A DNA stretch of 63,708 nt, counting the filler, from Saprolegnia diclina VS20 (taxonomy: Eukaryota), in the NCBI RefSeq assembly GCF_000281045.1. It is 6 parts of 4 records of this genome, joined end to end, with 100 filler letters (N's around TTAATTAATTAA, not from the genome) between each part and the next. Parts side by side here need not be neighbours in the genome. Positions count along the whole stretch, not along the records: positions 1 to 20,854 come from NW_008246185.1; positions 20,955 to 48,452 come from NW_008246185.1; 4 more parts are not named here. The stretch is one strand, 5' to 3'. The stretch's first letter is position 1, and each line of letters begins with the position of its first letter. Position numbers and translations under genes: made by a program. The notes under the pieces were generated by a model that was not told the origin of the DNA, did not search any database, and was given only the letters and a program-made list of their open reading frames with translations. Shown here piece by piece: positions 13,393 through 26,524 of the stretch.

Positions 13393-16300
13393 CTACGAAG
13401 AGCCGGCGCCCGGAATCGGAAGCGTCTGGTCAACAGCTGCCTCGACAACTGCAGTCCGAGCACCCGGAAGCACACGGGTAGCAGGTTGACTGCGCGGCTT
13501 GGTTTTCGAACGCCAGCACCAGCACAAACAGCCACCAACACAAAGCACGAGACACCCGCCAGCGCCTGCACCAATCAGAACAGCCATCGGGATACTACTG
13601 CTCGGCGCCGCTGCCGTTGTTGTCGTTGGCGTTGTTGTCGGTGTCGGCGCCGGCGTCGTGGGCACAGCCGTTGTCGGCGATGCAACGGACAAGGCGCCAA
13701 CTTGGTTGCTGTTGGCAATCACTTGGTTTCGAACGAGACTAGCGCTGATGAGGGACGGTTGGTTCTGAATCGTTTGCATCGAGCTGGTCGGTGCTGCGAC
13801 CGTGAAGACAACCGCGACGCTGGCTGTACTCAGTTGGCGAGCCCGCTGTCGGCTAGTTACGTTAGTGACACTTGTGATGACGACGTCTGTGGCCCCGATC
13901 GACGTTCCTTGCTGCGCAAACGTCTCGACGACCGAAAGGACAAACGCAGACCTGGCCGTCGGGCTAAAGTCACTAGCTGCGAGTCCTGAGAGCACCAACG
14001 ACGCCTGGGCGGGGGGCACCGCCACTGCCGGCGCGGTCGCCGCGCACGTCGCGCCCGTGAAACCCGTCACACAAGCGCCACACATGGAGAGACTGCCGGT
14101 CGTCGAGTTGCAAGCGACAGCAGTTGCTGCTGCACAGTTGCTGCTCGGTGTGCATTTGTTCTCACAGCGGACACCCCAGAAACCCACGATGCAGCGCGGA
14201 CACGTCTCGATGGTTCCATCGTCGGCAGTGCACGCTGCCGTGTAGCACGCGGATGGCACCGAGCACATGGTTTGGCAAAGCGAACCCCAATAGCCCGCGA
14301 CACAGCTGGAGCAGGCGCCCACGCTGCCACCGAGACTGCTGCAGGACGAGACAACTTGACAATTGGACGCCACACAAGGCGTCGCGCACGCTTGGCCCCA
14401 GTACCCGGCTGGACACAAGGCACCCACTGTGAAGTACGTCGCGTTATAGATGGTATTTCGAAACGTCGTCACCATTTCCCGCGTCGCGAGGGCATTATTG
14501 AAGCTCTCGGAGGTCGGGTAAACGTTTGAGACACTCGATGGCACCATGGCGGTGATCCAGACCGTGCCCGTCGCGGGGTTGATGCTCTGTATCGCAAGCA
14601 CGGACGCAATCAGATCTGGGAGTCCGAGTGCGACGCCGAGGTATTTCAAAAGCGCGGCCTTGGAATTGACACTCACCGCCAGCGTCTGTGCATTGCCAAC
14701 GTCGATCGCAATCGCAATCGTTGCCGAGTACGGAGGGTTGTAACAGTAGCTGAGCATGCTGTGCCGTTCAGCAAGCGACGAATAAGATAGAAGCTTCGAG
14801 TACTCCCAATACAGTTCGATGTGCGGTTGAATGTGGGCCTTGTTGATGCCAACGTACACGAGAATCTCGAGCAAATGCGGAGTCATGCAGTTGCCATAGA
14901 CGTATTTGCTCGATGGGTCAATCGCTGGCGTGGACAGCGCCGGTAAGACGCCAGCCTTGACGTTCAACTCGAGATAGAACGTGAGGTCGACGGTCGCGCC
15001 AAAATTGACGGCCGGGGCCACGACGACGGTCATGTCAATGGTCGGTGTGGTCTCGGCGAGAAATTTGAAGACGACGTAGTCACCTGCTTTGGGCTGCTGG
15101 ACCTCGTACGTCACGACTTTGGTCACCTCCGTCGTCACCGTGTCGGACGCCGACGAGTCAAAGTCCATCGTCGCCCAGAGACTCGACATGGAGACGGACT
15201 TGGAGATCACAAACGGGTTCGCCGACGTCTGCATCGTGGCTGTGAACGCCTCGTCGACCGAGAGCGTAAAATTGACGAGGATCGGGACGCCAATAAACGC
15301 GAGCGGCACAGCCGTGGACGTGGAGAAGATCCGCTTAGACCACGTCTTCGAGACGCCGTCTGGGGCGTACAGCGAGATGCCCATGCTAGTGTAGCTCGCA
15401 GCGGTCACCGACGTTTTGCCCGTGGCCCACGGCGAAAATCCATATGCTAGCCCATAATCGTACGTGAATTCGGCTTCATTGATCGCAAACCAAAAACCGC
15501 AGTTGGCACAACCGACACGAACGCAGCCCGACCCCGGTTGCGCGGTGAGGTAGTTGCCACTGCCGCAGCCCGCCGAGCGGTAGAGTTCAATGTCGGGGTC
15601 GGCAAAAACTTGGCCGTCGGTGGCAATGTTGTAGGTTAAATTCACACTCGACGTCGCCCCGGGCGCGGGGAGGCAGTCGTAGATGTAGCCGCACGCCTTG
15701 GTCTTCCCGCTCGAGTATGTATACATCTTGTACTGAGTGCCGGGGCAATTGTAGTTGACGGAGATGTCCGATGCGTACTTGAAGCACTGACTAGCGTCCA
15801 ACGATTAGGCGCGACACGATGTCGTACAAGAGGACGCCGGGACGTAGCGATCGTAAAAGCCATACGTGTCAAGGCGCCGATTGGTTGCAGAGGGAGAAGT
15901 TGATGCCATCACGTTGCCCAAGTCGTTGGACTTGAAGCGAATCGACGTTGTCGCAAACGTCTCGTTCAAGCTCGCTTGCGACGCCCAGAGGTGGACGATA
16001 TTGGCATATGGGCTCACCATGATCTCAGCGACAAGTAGTTGCGCAATGTGCAACAACGTGTCGTTCTCGTCCTTGCAGCCCCACGTCGCGGATGCGATGA
16101 GCACTTGGCCAACCGCGTACGGCAACAAGTTGCTCTTGTTTGCGACGTGGAGGTCCATGGCTTTGCCACCTACGGCGTAGGCACAGCCGTCCATCGAGAG
16201 CGCGTTCGGGTCGGCGTCGAGACTCCACGCTCGTGGGCTCATCGAGTAGTTGTACGAGATCTGCGTGCGCGCAATGCCCTTCTCGTCAATGGTATCGATG

Positions 16301-16539
16301 CCTGCCGGCAGCACAAGGACCGATCCAGTGAAGAACTGGTCGGTCGACCAGTTGGTTTGCGTCAAATCGAGCGAGTCGGAGATCGCCGTGAGTGCGTCCG
16401 GGAGGTTGTCGTGGACCTCGATCAGTGTCTCTGGCGGCATCTCGTGAGCCCAATCGGTCGTGTTGAGCTCTTCCTGAAGAACACGTAAACTGGCGCTTGC
16501 GACAAGCGAGCAGCAGAGCGCGAGGACTGCCGCGCGCAT
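13393..16539 (-). CDS. Large type I membrane/cell-surface protein: signal peptide, Cys-rich EGF/laminin-EGF-like repeats, SEA-like and Pro/Thr stalk, one TM helix; in-frame TAA at 15805-15807 (intron or nonsense mutation)
   Basis: MRAAVLALCCSLVASA signal peptide; repeats CPAGYWGQAC, CVAGYWGSLC, CIVGFWGVRC, CVTGFTGATC; PTTPAPTPTTT stalk; TM AVLIGAGAGGCLVLCVGGCLCWCW. ORFs 15805-16713 and 13393-15801 are in the same frame. Confidence 0.8.
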
Positions 16540-17993
16540 TTCTTGGAGCGACGTTGGTTGGCAAGCAGAAAAAGATACACTGCGCCAGAGGTCTAACCGT
16601 GGGGCGTCGGTTTTGTGCCTTGTGCGACAGGCGTTTCCGACGACCGGTCGGCGTCGTGTATAAAACCAATGGCGCGTATTGTGCTCCTGTTCGACGAGTA
16701 CCGCACGAATCACGGACTGCTAGGTCGACGGGAAGGCTCATTTCAAAGGGTTAGTAAGACGTGCTATTGACACGACATCATCGTCTGGACGTTGGCAGCG
16801 TTGCTCGAGTAAAGTGTGATTGAAAACGTACCAGCACTCGCTTCGTTTTCAACACAATCGACACCCGATTCGTTTTAATTAAGCAGAATCGACGGCCCTT
16901 GGAATGATCCCAAAGATAGTTATTGGCACACATGATTGGCTCGACCTTTTGCGATGGACAGGCGGCACGCGCCTTGTTCTGGGGAAGGAGGTGTTGGGCA
17001 TAGTTGCGTTGGAGCTCACCAGTTGGGGCGGGGTTGAGGTTGTACCACCATAAGACATAGCCTTGGACCCACAGATCCATGGACTTGAAAACCTCCGCCC
17101 AATTCCCGCGCACTGAAAGATACACTCGTTTTCGCGCCACAAAGGGTTGCTGAAATTGATTGGCTGCATCGTGCCGCCGCTACTCTGTGATTGGGCAAAC
17201 CGAAAGGGCACGGTGACATTGCCGTTGGGCCTGGAATCTTGGCGGTTTCATTCATTGAAACTGTCAAGTCGAAGACAAACCAGTTGGCGTGGGACTCTGC
17301 ACTTTGGGCTGCGATGGTGCCCGGTCATCGTCCTTGTAATGAACTTGCTATCGAGCTGCTATGTCTCCTTATGTGACCAGACAAAGCGGCGGACAAACAC
17401 TAAAGGCTACGAAATGGTTCGCGATTTCTTGGAGGATATTGTGGTACTTCCAGAAGGAAGTTGAGTTTTTGCCGTCCGGAGAGACGCGAAGAGTCGACAG
17501 TAGGCTAGATACTCATTTTGCATTAATTATAGCCTTGTGGATCCCAAGTGACTCCCCAAAGGGTTCCGATGCCCTCTCCGTCCAAGTACGTTCTCTTATT
17601 CCTGGAAGACTTTGCCGGCGACGCGGCCTCAATGCCGTTGTACGGTCGCGTTCACGCCGTTCGCCAGAATGCGGTTGCGGTCGAGCTGGTCGACGTGCCG
17701 ACGTCGCTCGCCGCCAAGTGGTGTCGGTCGAGAAGCCCGAAGCTCGATGCGTGTCGCGCCGAAGCTACGCACTTCATGACCGGTCGACTCCTCCGTTATT
17801 CCGTTCGTTGCGTCTACCACTGCTCGTGTGACCGGCCAAGTCGTCGACCACAACCCGCCTCTCTTGCCTTTTTTTGCGCCCGGCAGGATACATCCTTTTT
17901 TCGATCCTTTTTGACGATTCATCCAGGCTCTCTCGGATCGAAGTTAGATACATCCGTCATAGAAGTCGCATTGACTAATTGAGCGACTGATCC

Positions 17994-20349
17994 ATGGCGT
18001 CCGTCTGTGATTCACCCTTGGTACGACGTCGGCGCTCGACGATGCGTGCAACGTGGGTGTAGGGCGCTGAGCTGTTTGCTGCTGCGTCCGATGGTCGCCT
18101 CGACGACGTCCAGCGCCTGCTCAAGGAAGGTGCCGACGTCTACTATACCGAGGTGCGATCGACACGCTCAATGGCACATCGACTTGTCCTATGGCGTAGG
18201 ATGAAGCGACGCCGCTGCAAATTGCTGCTGACTACGGCCATGACACCATCGTCAAGGCGCTCCTCGCCGCCAACGTCGCTGTGGATCACGCTACGAGCGT
18301 ATGTTCCCTCAATTTGCGCTCTTGAATGTAGGCTCACATGTCATTGATGCTGTAGGATGGAGAGACGCCACTGTTTATTGCTGCTCAGAGTGGGCACGAC
18401 GCCATCGTCAAGACGCTCCTCGCCGCCAACGCTGCTGTCAATCAAGCTGCGGACGTACGTTCTCTTCTTTTGCGCTCTTGAATGTTGGCTCACATGTCAA
18501 TGATGATGAAGAGAGGAGCGACGCCGCTGCATATTGCTGCTGACTACGGCCATGACACCGTCGTCAAGACGCTCCTCGCCGCCAACGCCGCTGTGGATCA
18601 AGCGATGAACGTACGTTGTCTTCTTTTGCGCTCTTGAATGTTGGCTCACAAGTTGATGATGATGCAGGATGGAACGACGCCGCTGATGATTGCTGCTCTG
18701 AGCGGCCATGACACCGTCGTCAAGACGCTCCTCGCCGCCAACGCCGCTGTGGATCAAGCGATGAACGTACGTTCTCATCTTTTGCGCTCTTGAATGTTGG
18801 CTCACAAGTTGATGATGATGCAGGATGGAACGACGCCGCTGATGATTGCTGCTCTGAGCGGCCATGACACCGTCGTCAAGACGCTCCTCGCCGCCAACGC
18901 CGCTGTGGATCAAGCGATGAACGTACGTTCTCATCTTTTGCGCTCTTGAATGTTGGCTCACAAGTTGATGATGATGCAGGATGGAACGACGCCGCTGATG
19001 ATTGCTGCTCTGAGCGGCCATGACACCGTCGTCAAGACGCTCCTCGCCGCCAACGCCGCTGTGGATCAAGCGATGAACGTACGTTCTCATCTTTTGCGCT
19101 CTTGAATGTTGGCTCACAAGTTGATGATGATGCAGGATGGAACGACGCCGCTGATGATTGCTGCTCTGAGCGGCCATGACACCGTCGTCAAGACGCTCCT
19201 CGGCGCCAACGCTGCTGTCAATCAAGCTATGAACGTACGTTCTCTGCTTTTGACGGTTGCGCTCTTAAATCTCAAATGTCGATAATGCTGTAGAATGGAG
19301 GGACATCATTGTTTATTGCTGCTCTCAATGGCCATGACACTGTCGTCAAGACCCTCCTCGCCGCCAATGCTGCCGTAGATCAAGCTTTGAACGTACGTTC
19401 TCTTCTTTTGCGCTCGTGAATGTTGGCTCATATGCCATTGATGATGAAGAGCGGAGCGACGCCGCTGATGGTTGCTGCTCAGAACGACCATGACACTGTC
19501 GTCAAGACGCTCCTCGCCGCCAACGCTGCTGTCAATCAAGCTATGAACGTACGTTCTCTTCTTTTGCGCTCTTGAATGTTGGCTCACATGTCGATAATGT
19601 TGTAGGATGGAGCGACGCCGCTGATGATTGCTGCTCTAAACGGCCATGACACCGTCGTCAAGACGCTCCTCGGCGCCAACGCTGCTGTGGATCAAGCTAG
19701 AAACGTACGTTCTCTGCTTTTGCTTCTTGCGCTCTCAAATTTTTTGGCTCACATGTTGTTGATGATAATTTAGGATGGAGCGACGTCGCTGCTCCTAGCT
19801 GCGTATCAAGGACATGACGTCATTGTCAAGACGCTCCTTTGCGCCGACGCAGCTGTGGATCAAACAGCAAAGGTGCGTGTTCACCTCTACTACAAGGTAC
19901 AAACTCGTCTCGTATGTAGGACGGGGACACGCCACTTTGTGCGGCGTCGCGCTTTGGCTATGCCACAGCGGTGCAAATTCTCCTGGACGCCGGGGCCGAT
20001 GTCGACAAGCGCGTGCGTACAAGCTTCAACGACCGCGATATCCTGCTCTTGGTATTGCAATAGCGTGCACTTCTACATGCGTCACGAGCTTGACCTAGGA
20101 CGGGACGACCTCTCTCTTGGCGGCGGCTCTGCGTGGGCATGAAGTGGTTTGCCGCGTGCTGCTCCGTGCCAACGCAAATGTTCACGCGGCGGACAGCGTA
20201 CAACCTACTCGGTCCGCTGCATGTCTCAGTGATACCCCGATGTGTAGAGTGGCCAAACCGCACGCATTGCTGCAGAGCGCGGTGGGCACGAGTCGGTCGT
20301 GCGACTCTTGCTCGATGCTGGCGCCAGCCTCGAGGATGATGAGCAATAG
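17994..20349 (+). CDS. Ankyrin-repeat protein, ~15 repeats, one repeat per phase-0 exon
   Basis: Micro-exon ATG GCG TCC, then mostly 99-nt exons such as DGTTPLMIAALSGHDTVVKTLLAANAAVDQAMN separated by GT..AG introns; last exon ends [17 protein letters not shown] at 20349. Confidence 0.9.
18548..19235 (+). repeat. Tandem near-perfect 156-bp repeat (99-nt ankyrin exon + 57-nt intron), ~4.4 units, flanked by more diverged units
   Basis: Exon starts at 18668, 18824, 18980 and 19136 (period 156); intron sequences also nearly identical; gives a 52-aa repeat in the antisense ORF 18497-19225. Confidence 0.95.
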
Positions 20350-20509
20350 GTTGCTCAACTTCTGCTTCCTTTACACTGGAAACGTGCCTCGGTTCGTGCG
20401 CAAACCGTGCTCGTAAACAAAGAATTTTGTGCTTTCCCCATTTTGACTTCGGCCGATGCGCTGTACCAACGAAAATGAATTGGCTGCTGGCCCTGCCGAG
20501 ACGCCGGAC

Positions 20510-20854
20510 GCACTCGTAGCATTTGTAAGTGGGTGCACACAACGTCGTGCAGTCGTCCGGTGGGACGTGGTATCGTGTCAAGGCGCCGACCGCGCTCCGT
20601 GGCGCTATCGATACCGTTGCGTGGCCCAGACCGTTGGACTTGAACCGAATCGGCGTGGTCGCCAACATTTCGCAAGCTAGCTCAAAGATGGACAACATTG
20701 GCGCGCGCGTTGACGACCATCTCGCCGGCTACAAGCAGGTGGGCTTCCTCCTGCGCTCGTGAGGCATGACCGGTGCGTCAAGCTGAGGGTGCTTGGTCGT
20801 GGCTCGGGATTGTGCGAGCACACCGATGCCTCCAAGCGTGGCGCCGTCGGAGCC
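20510..20854 (-). pseudogene. Degenerate fragment paralogous to the cell-surface protein at 13393-16539
   Basis: AGEMVVNARANVVHL* / ATTPIRFKSNGLGH / RRLDT / HVPPDDCTTLC versus VAEIMVSPYANIVHLW / ATTSIRFKSNDLGN / RRLDT / YVPASSCTTSC, with a stop and frameshifts; runs into an N gap. Confidence 0.7.
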
Positions 20855-20954
20855 NNNNNNNNNNNNNNNNNNNNNNNNNNNNNNNNNNNNNNNNNNNNTT
20901 AATTAATTAANNNNNNNNNNNNNNNNNNNNNNNNNNNNNNNNNNNNNNNNNNNN
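20855..20954. other. Assembly gap with artificial TTAATTAATTAA spacer (also near 48497, 59436, 60856, 62483)
   Basis: Identical 12-mer, a stop codon in all six frames, centred in ~100-nt N blocks. Confidence 0.95.
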
Positions 20955-21824
20955 CTTGTTCATTGTGCCTTGAGCAATATTGTCTCGACCGGTTGAGAGC
21001 ATCCCCAGGAGTCGTTTTCATTTTATTGCTAACGGGTGGCTTTGGAAACGACCAGTTGGCAATGGAAATGGAGCTCCCCAACAGCGTTGCCAAACGTTGC
21101 CAATCAACAGCTGACAGATCAACATTCCGACGATAGTGAGGCCCTCCAGGGCGACGCCGTCGACGCCAGCACTGACTAGACCGTCCTACTCGCGGCCACG
21201 GGCCGCGCTTAGCTAGAGTCATCAATGCAGTTCATGACTGCGCGAGGGAGCTAACCGCATGTCAGCGGGCGCAGCGACGCCTTGTGTGCAGATATGATTT
21301 GCCCAGATCGCGCAATGCGAGTGCCATCGGAGAGGTTCCTGCTACATCTGGGGTCTCTGTGTTGCAGGCATGGCTGTCCTCAACTGTAGAAAACTCCGAG
21401 CTGAGTTCTGACGGCGTTTTCATGCCTTGAATTCGCCCATTGCCCGTCGCATGGGCCATAAAAACGATTGGAAATGCTGGCCGATGTTTTTAAAGGAGAC
21501 CGCGATAAAAACGACCGGCAAATTTTTACAAATTTTTAGAAATAAAAACGCCTCTTGGGGAGGTCCGTTTTTAAAAATTGCTATATTTACGTATAAAAAC
21601 GACTGCTGGGGATGCTCTGACGAAATTGTGGAATGTTTAGTCGAATTGTGGTTGTACATTATTGTACACATCGGAATTTTAAATGCGACGATGTCTAGAA
21701 GCGGTATTCTGGATCACAAACGAGCACCTGCAAAGGCGAGGTCGAGCCGTGGCGTCCACAAGATGCTTAGAGAGAATAGACGAATGGACAAGGACAACAC
21801 TAAAATCGTGCAAGCTACTAGTAG

Positions 21825-23618
21825 TTACGATTCAAAGATTTCTTCGAGCAAAATGTGCAAATTGATGTTGCCGAGGTGGCCCGACTTGAACTGCCGAATC
21901 GCACGCAGAAACAGCACAATGCTCTGAAACACATTGGTTTTGCCCTAATCCGCATTCCACACGTTAGACTATCCCAAAGATCACAAACGACATACCGGGA
22001 GGATCTCACGCACTTGGCCGTTGGCAATGACCTTGAAGTTGGGCGGCGACGGCTGGCTGTAGTAAATGAGAAACATGCCGCGGATGCTCGCCGACTTGGT
22101 GGGCGGCACGGGCGCGTAGTGCGCGCGGCGGAACGGACGGTCATTGTCCGAGACGGCCGGCAAGACGTCATCCAGCATCGCACAAAAGAGGTTCATAATG
22201 AGCTCCGCGTCCGTCGGCAAGTTGGCCTCCTTGGTCCACGCCTTGCCTACGCCATCCTGAGCGACTCGATTCTCAAACATGTGTTGGCGTACCCTTCCAC
22301 GCACCGCCACTGTCCCAACGGTACTGGCCCAGAAAGCCATCTTCCGCGAGCGTCCGGAGCCGCTGGATGCAGTACGCCTTGCTGTACTCTTCCTTGACGT
22401 CAAAGTACTTCATAAACTATCGGGAAATTTGAGACATGAAGTTGCTCAATCAGACAAAGCGTACCGTCTCGTACTCACGTAGCAAGTGGACGTTCGGCCT
22501 AGTCTTGGACACAAAGAGCGGGTCGGCGCGACAGGCGGTAAGGAGATCGTGCAGCGCAATCTGGTGGAACGTGGTCGGCTCGGTCGCGCCCGGCATGACG
22601 ACGCTCAGGAGCGGCTGGACCGTGATCTCACACAAGAGCATCTCGCGGCGCAAGCCACACGCCACGAGCTCGTCGACGTTCTGGAGAAAGCTCACGAGGA
22701 CGTCCTGGAGGTGCTGTGCGAGCACTTGGCGGAGGCGGTCGCAGATGTCGCCCATCTGACGCGGCTTGAGCCGGCACTCGGCGAGGACTTCGAGCGCCTT
22801 CTCGACGTGCGGTGCGCTCGAGAGCGCCGACTCGAGCTCCTTCCGCACCGGCGGCTTCATCGTCGGCTTCATGACCGCGTACGTCTGCGAATAGAGACCG
22901 TTCGGGTTGATCGCCGACGACATTTCCATGCCAAAACCAAAGTTCAAGTGGGCTTCTTCCACCGGGTCGGCGCTCGACGCGGGCGCTTGGAACGCGCGGA
23001 GCTCAGCGTCGGTCGAGATGGCTGCTGGCGTCGAGGGTTTCGTAATGTGCGTGCCATAGACGATGCCCGGCGCCTTGGCCTCGGTCGTCGGCAGCGCAAG
23101 GCCCTCGGGCGCCATAAAGCCTACATATTGCGTGGGCTTGCGTCGCCACGGCAGTAGGCCATCGGTACCTTTGCGCTGGCGCAGGCCATCGGCCACCGGT
23201 GGCGTTTCCTTCTTGGCCTCGACCGGCGACGATTGCTACACGATGCCTGTATGAGGCTGTGGTCGCGTGGGCTGTAGGTTGTACCGTCGCTTCCAGCACG
23301 AGCGTCGAGAGGCGCTGGAGAGCAAAGTACGCGCTGCGGCCAGAGATGGCCAAGCAGACGAGCGCCATGAGGTAGCCTACAGGCGCATCGTCATGGGCGA
23401 CGGCGAGGATATGGGCGACGCGATCTACCTGGCAGCAAGACGAAGAGGACGACGGGCACGGAGCGTGCGCCGAGGGCGCCGAGGAGGTAGAGAAGCGCCA
23501 TGCTCACAAGGAGGGCGACGGCGCCGCGGAAAGATGAGAACTGCGCATGCTGGCGCTTCCAGTACGCGTCGACCTGCCGCGCCTCCAACGTGCTCGTCGA
23601 GGCCATGCTCAAGCTCAT
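21825..23618 (-). CDS. TMEM209: Transmembrane protein 209-like nuclear envelope protein (multi-exon)
   Basis: N-terminal hydrophobic helices; C-terminal LPTDAELIMNLFCAMLD..YYSQPSPPNFKV..GKTNVFQSIVLFL..SGHLGNINL matches my recall of the TMEM209 C-terminal consensus. Confidence 0.8.
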
Positions 23619-25011
23619 TAACCACGAATACAGCGACTGGCACACGATTGGTCAAAATACAATACGCACCACTATTCAAATGCCACGGTGCCATACACAT
23701 CACAAGGTATTTTAAATCCATTTAAAAATCATGATTATTCGCACGCGGCAGGGATTGGCCAAAAATACTTTGATGGTACCGCATGATTGGTTCCTTTTTG
23801 GATTTGTTTGGCGTGATGCGATTTGGCTTTGTGCAGCAGCGAAATGCGACGAGCCAAACGACAATAGTGTTGTACTAATACTACGTAGCAGACTACGTAG
23901 TAGCCAACAGAAGGTTTGTTAATTGTACTATAATACGAAATAACATTCAGACTCGAACATGAGGTCCAAATATGCTACGCACGGCGAGGAAGATTTGAGA
24001 AGGATTCATCGGACAAAGTGCACACGCCACCGCGAGCGGTCACCGTGCACCCGACGACGACGCATCTCGAAAGCTTGCCAATCTTGCCAGCAACTTTGTG
24101 TAGTCTTGCATAAACGTGAGCATTATTAGATTAGTTTTTGATTATTTTGATGGAGACCTCACAAGTTACAATGCAACAAGAAGAAAGCACTTTTTGGCAA
24201 ACCAGAGCTCATAAATACCATAAATAAGGTGTTTTTGCTGTTTACCGACCATCACGACCGATGACAACGCGTGCACGGTCCTCACCATTCGCGCTTTGCT
24301 CGATCGTGTCAGAGTTTGTGGTTCGAAAATCTTTGGCGCTAGCCAACGCAAGAGAGAGGAAGCCTGGCGTCATTCCAATCTCCAGGCACGATTGCATCGT
24401 CTTGAAGCCACTGCGTGACGAGCGCGTGCTGGTATCCCCGCTGAGCCATCATCAATCTCGTCCGGCGCTCGAATGGTCACTCTGGAGAATGTTGGTCTTT
24501 ACGTCCGACCTTGTGCCAGCCAGATCCGATGCTCATATCCCTAGTCCTACCGTGCAGCAAACTGTACATATATATAAACGCCAATGTGTAGAATATTGCC
24601 CACCAACCGCGCCGGTCGCTTCCGCAGTGCGATGTATTTTCCCATCGCCCAGTCCCTACAGCAGCTAATAAAACGCAACGTTACAGCATACCATTTAAAA
24701 AGAGTATGAAGTGGTGCAAGGTGGCTCCGCGCTGTCAATACTTATCAACAGCCTTGATTCCTTCTGTCCGCGTGGTCGTGGTCACGATATAGGCTGTAGA
24801 CTATACGTTACTGAACTGTCTATATACAGTCGAGGCGATGCTCTTGAAGCACGTGCTGCTGCGTGGACGCGGGCGGTTGTCGGCAAATTGCGTGTGATTA
24901 GTCATCGCCCCACTATCCGGTAACGAGGTCTCCGGATACCAAAGATATGTGTGTCGAGCCAGGTCATTTTCGAAAAGTAACCGCAGGCACGAGGTCGCTC
25001 GCTGCAGCAGC

Positions 25012-26248
25012 ATGCTCGAGACTACACTGCAGCGCTCGGTGGCCGTCGACAACAACGCACAGCATGAGCTGCCGCCCAAGCACCTCGCCGACCTGCGCCG
25101 CAGCCCATCCCGCCGCTCGCCTCGGCGCAGCGACGCCTGCATGGCTGCGACTGGCGACACGTCGAGCATCCTTCGCCGCGAGTTTGCCCAGTCGCTCGAC
25201 AAGATGACGGCGCTGCAAGCGTCGATCGGGGCGTCAATGCAGGAGGCCCACGACGCAGAGGTGCGCGAGCTCAGCCAGCGGCTCCAGGCGCTGCGCTCCA
25301 GCCACGCGACCGACAAGGCCGCCTTTACCTCTCTCTTGACCGCGCTCTCCAAGACGGCGACCGACATCCAGGCGCAGCTCCACCAGCTTACCCATCACGA
25401 AGCCAAGCGCGACGCGTGGGACCAGCGCGTCGCTACCAAGCTGCAGCATGCCGAATCGACGATCAAGCTCAACGTCGGCGGGCGGTACTTTGAGACGGCC
25501 AAGGCCAACCTGCTCCGACAGCCGGAGACGTACTTTACAGCGATGCTCGCGAGCGACCTCTGGGCTCCCCGTGCCGACGGTACCGACGTCGCTCTCTCTA
25601 TATGTGGATGCTCAACCGCTTGTTTTAGGTGCGTACTTCATCGATGCGGACCCGGCGGTCTTTGAACACATTATGGTCTATCTGCGCGGCGACGAGATGG
25701 CATTTGACGCCATGTCGCATGCGATGGCGTACCGCGTCCTTGGTATGCTCGACTACTTTGGTCTCGACATTGCCATGTGGCAGCTGCCGACGTCGGCCGT
25801 GGACCTCGGCCTCGAGCGCCGTCGGTTTGACCTCGCCTCGACCTCGTGGCAGCCCGTGCACGTGCGTAGCGAGTATCCCTCGATTCGGTACTCGGTGCAG
25901 CTCATTGAACGCTCGACGCTCTGCTCGCGGCGCCCGCCCGTCGACGCCAACCGCGGCCTCCGACGCAGCTCGACAGTGAACACCAAGCCGCCGTTTTCGC
26001 TGCGCATCGGCTTTAGCAGCTCGACCGACCCGAGCGGCTACGGCACGGAGTTTCAAGGCGAAGCTTTCGAAGCTGGCGACGTGCTCACGGTCACCTTTCA
26101 CAAGCCGTCCAACACGGTGCAGTACCTCTTGAATGGCACCGACGTGCCAAGCTGGACGACGGCCAAAGGCGTCGTGTGGGGCCCGGGACTCCTCTTTCCC
26201 TGCGTCGTGACGAACCTACCGCTGCTTCAGATGGCATTTGTATCGTAG
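25012..26248 (+). CDS. BTB/POZ (KCTD/T1-type) protein with N-terminal coiled coil and C-terminal SPRY-like beta domain
   Basis: IKLNVGGRYFETAKANLLRQPETYFTAML..DG/AYFIDADPAVFEHIMVYLR across an intron at ~25580-25628; C-terminal GDVLTVTFHKPSNTVQYLLNG..LFPCV. Confidence 0.85.
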
Positions 26249-26524
26249 GTCGAATATATTTCTGTGAAATTACGGTGTGTTGTGTAAGAAGTCCATGACA
26301 ATTTTCTTCCTTATTTCATATATATATAGTATCAACGTAAAGGGTTTCGCATTTGCCGAGACGTACGAGGTCCAATCTGTCTACGACCTAACCCTACTAG
26401 CCCGCTGCCATTTTTGACGTTTCTTACAACTCCTAGCTCTGCAATCGATTGCGGCGATTGCAGAGCTGAGAGATAACATTTCGATGCAGCGCCAAACGTA
26501 TCAACTTGATGTATTGCAAAAGTA

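Noticed and set aside
18497..19225. 242-aa minus-strand ORF with 52-aa repeats; CRISPR-like periodicity
   Set aside because: Antisense shadow of the ankyrin exon-intron repeat; no unique spacers and no cas genes.
20899..20910. Recurrent palindromic TTAATTAATTAA within N runs (5 sites)
   Set aside because: Artificial scaffolding spacer with stops in all frames; not biological.
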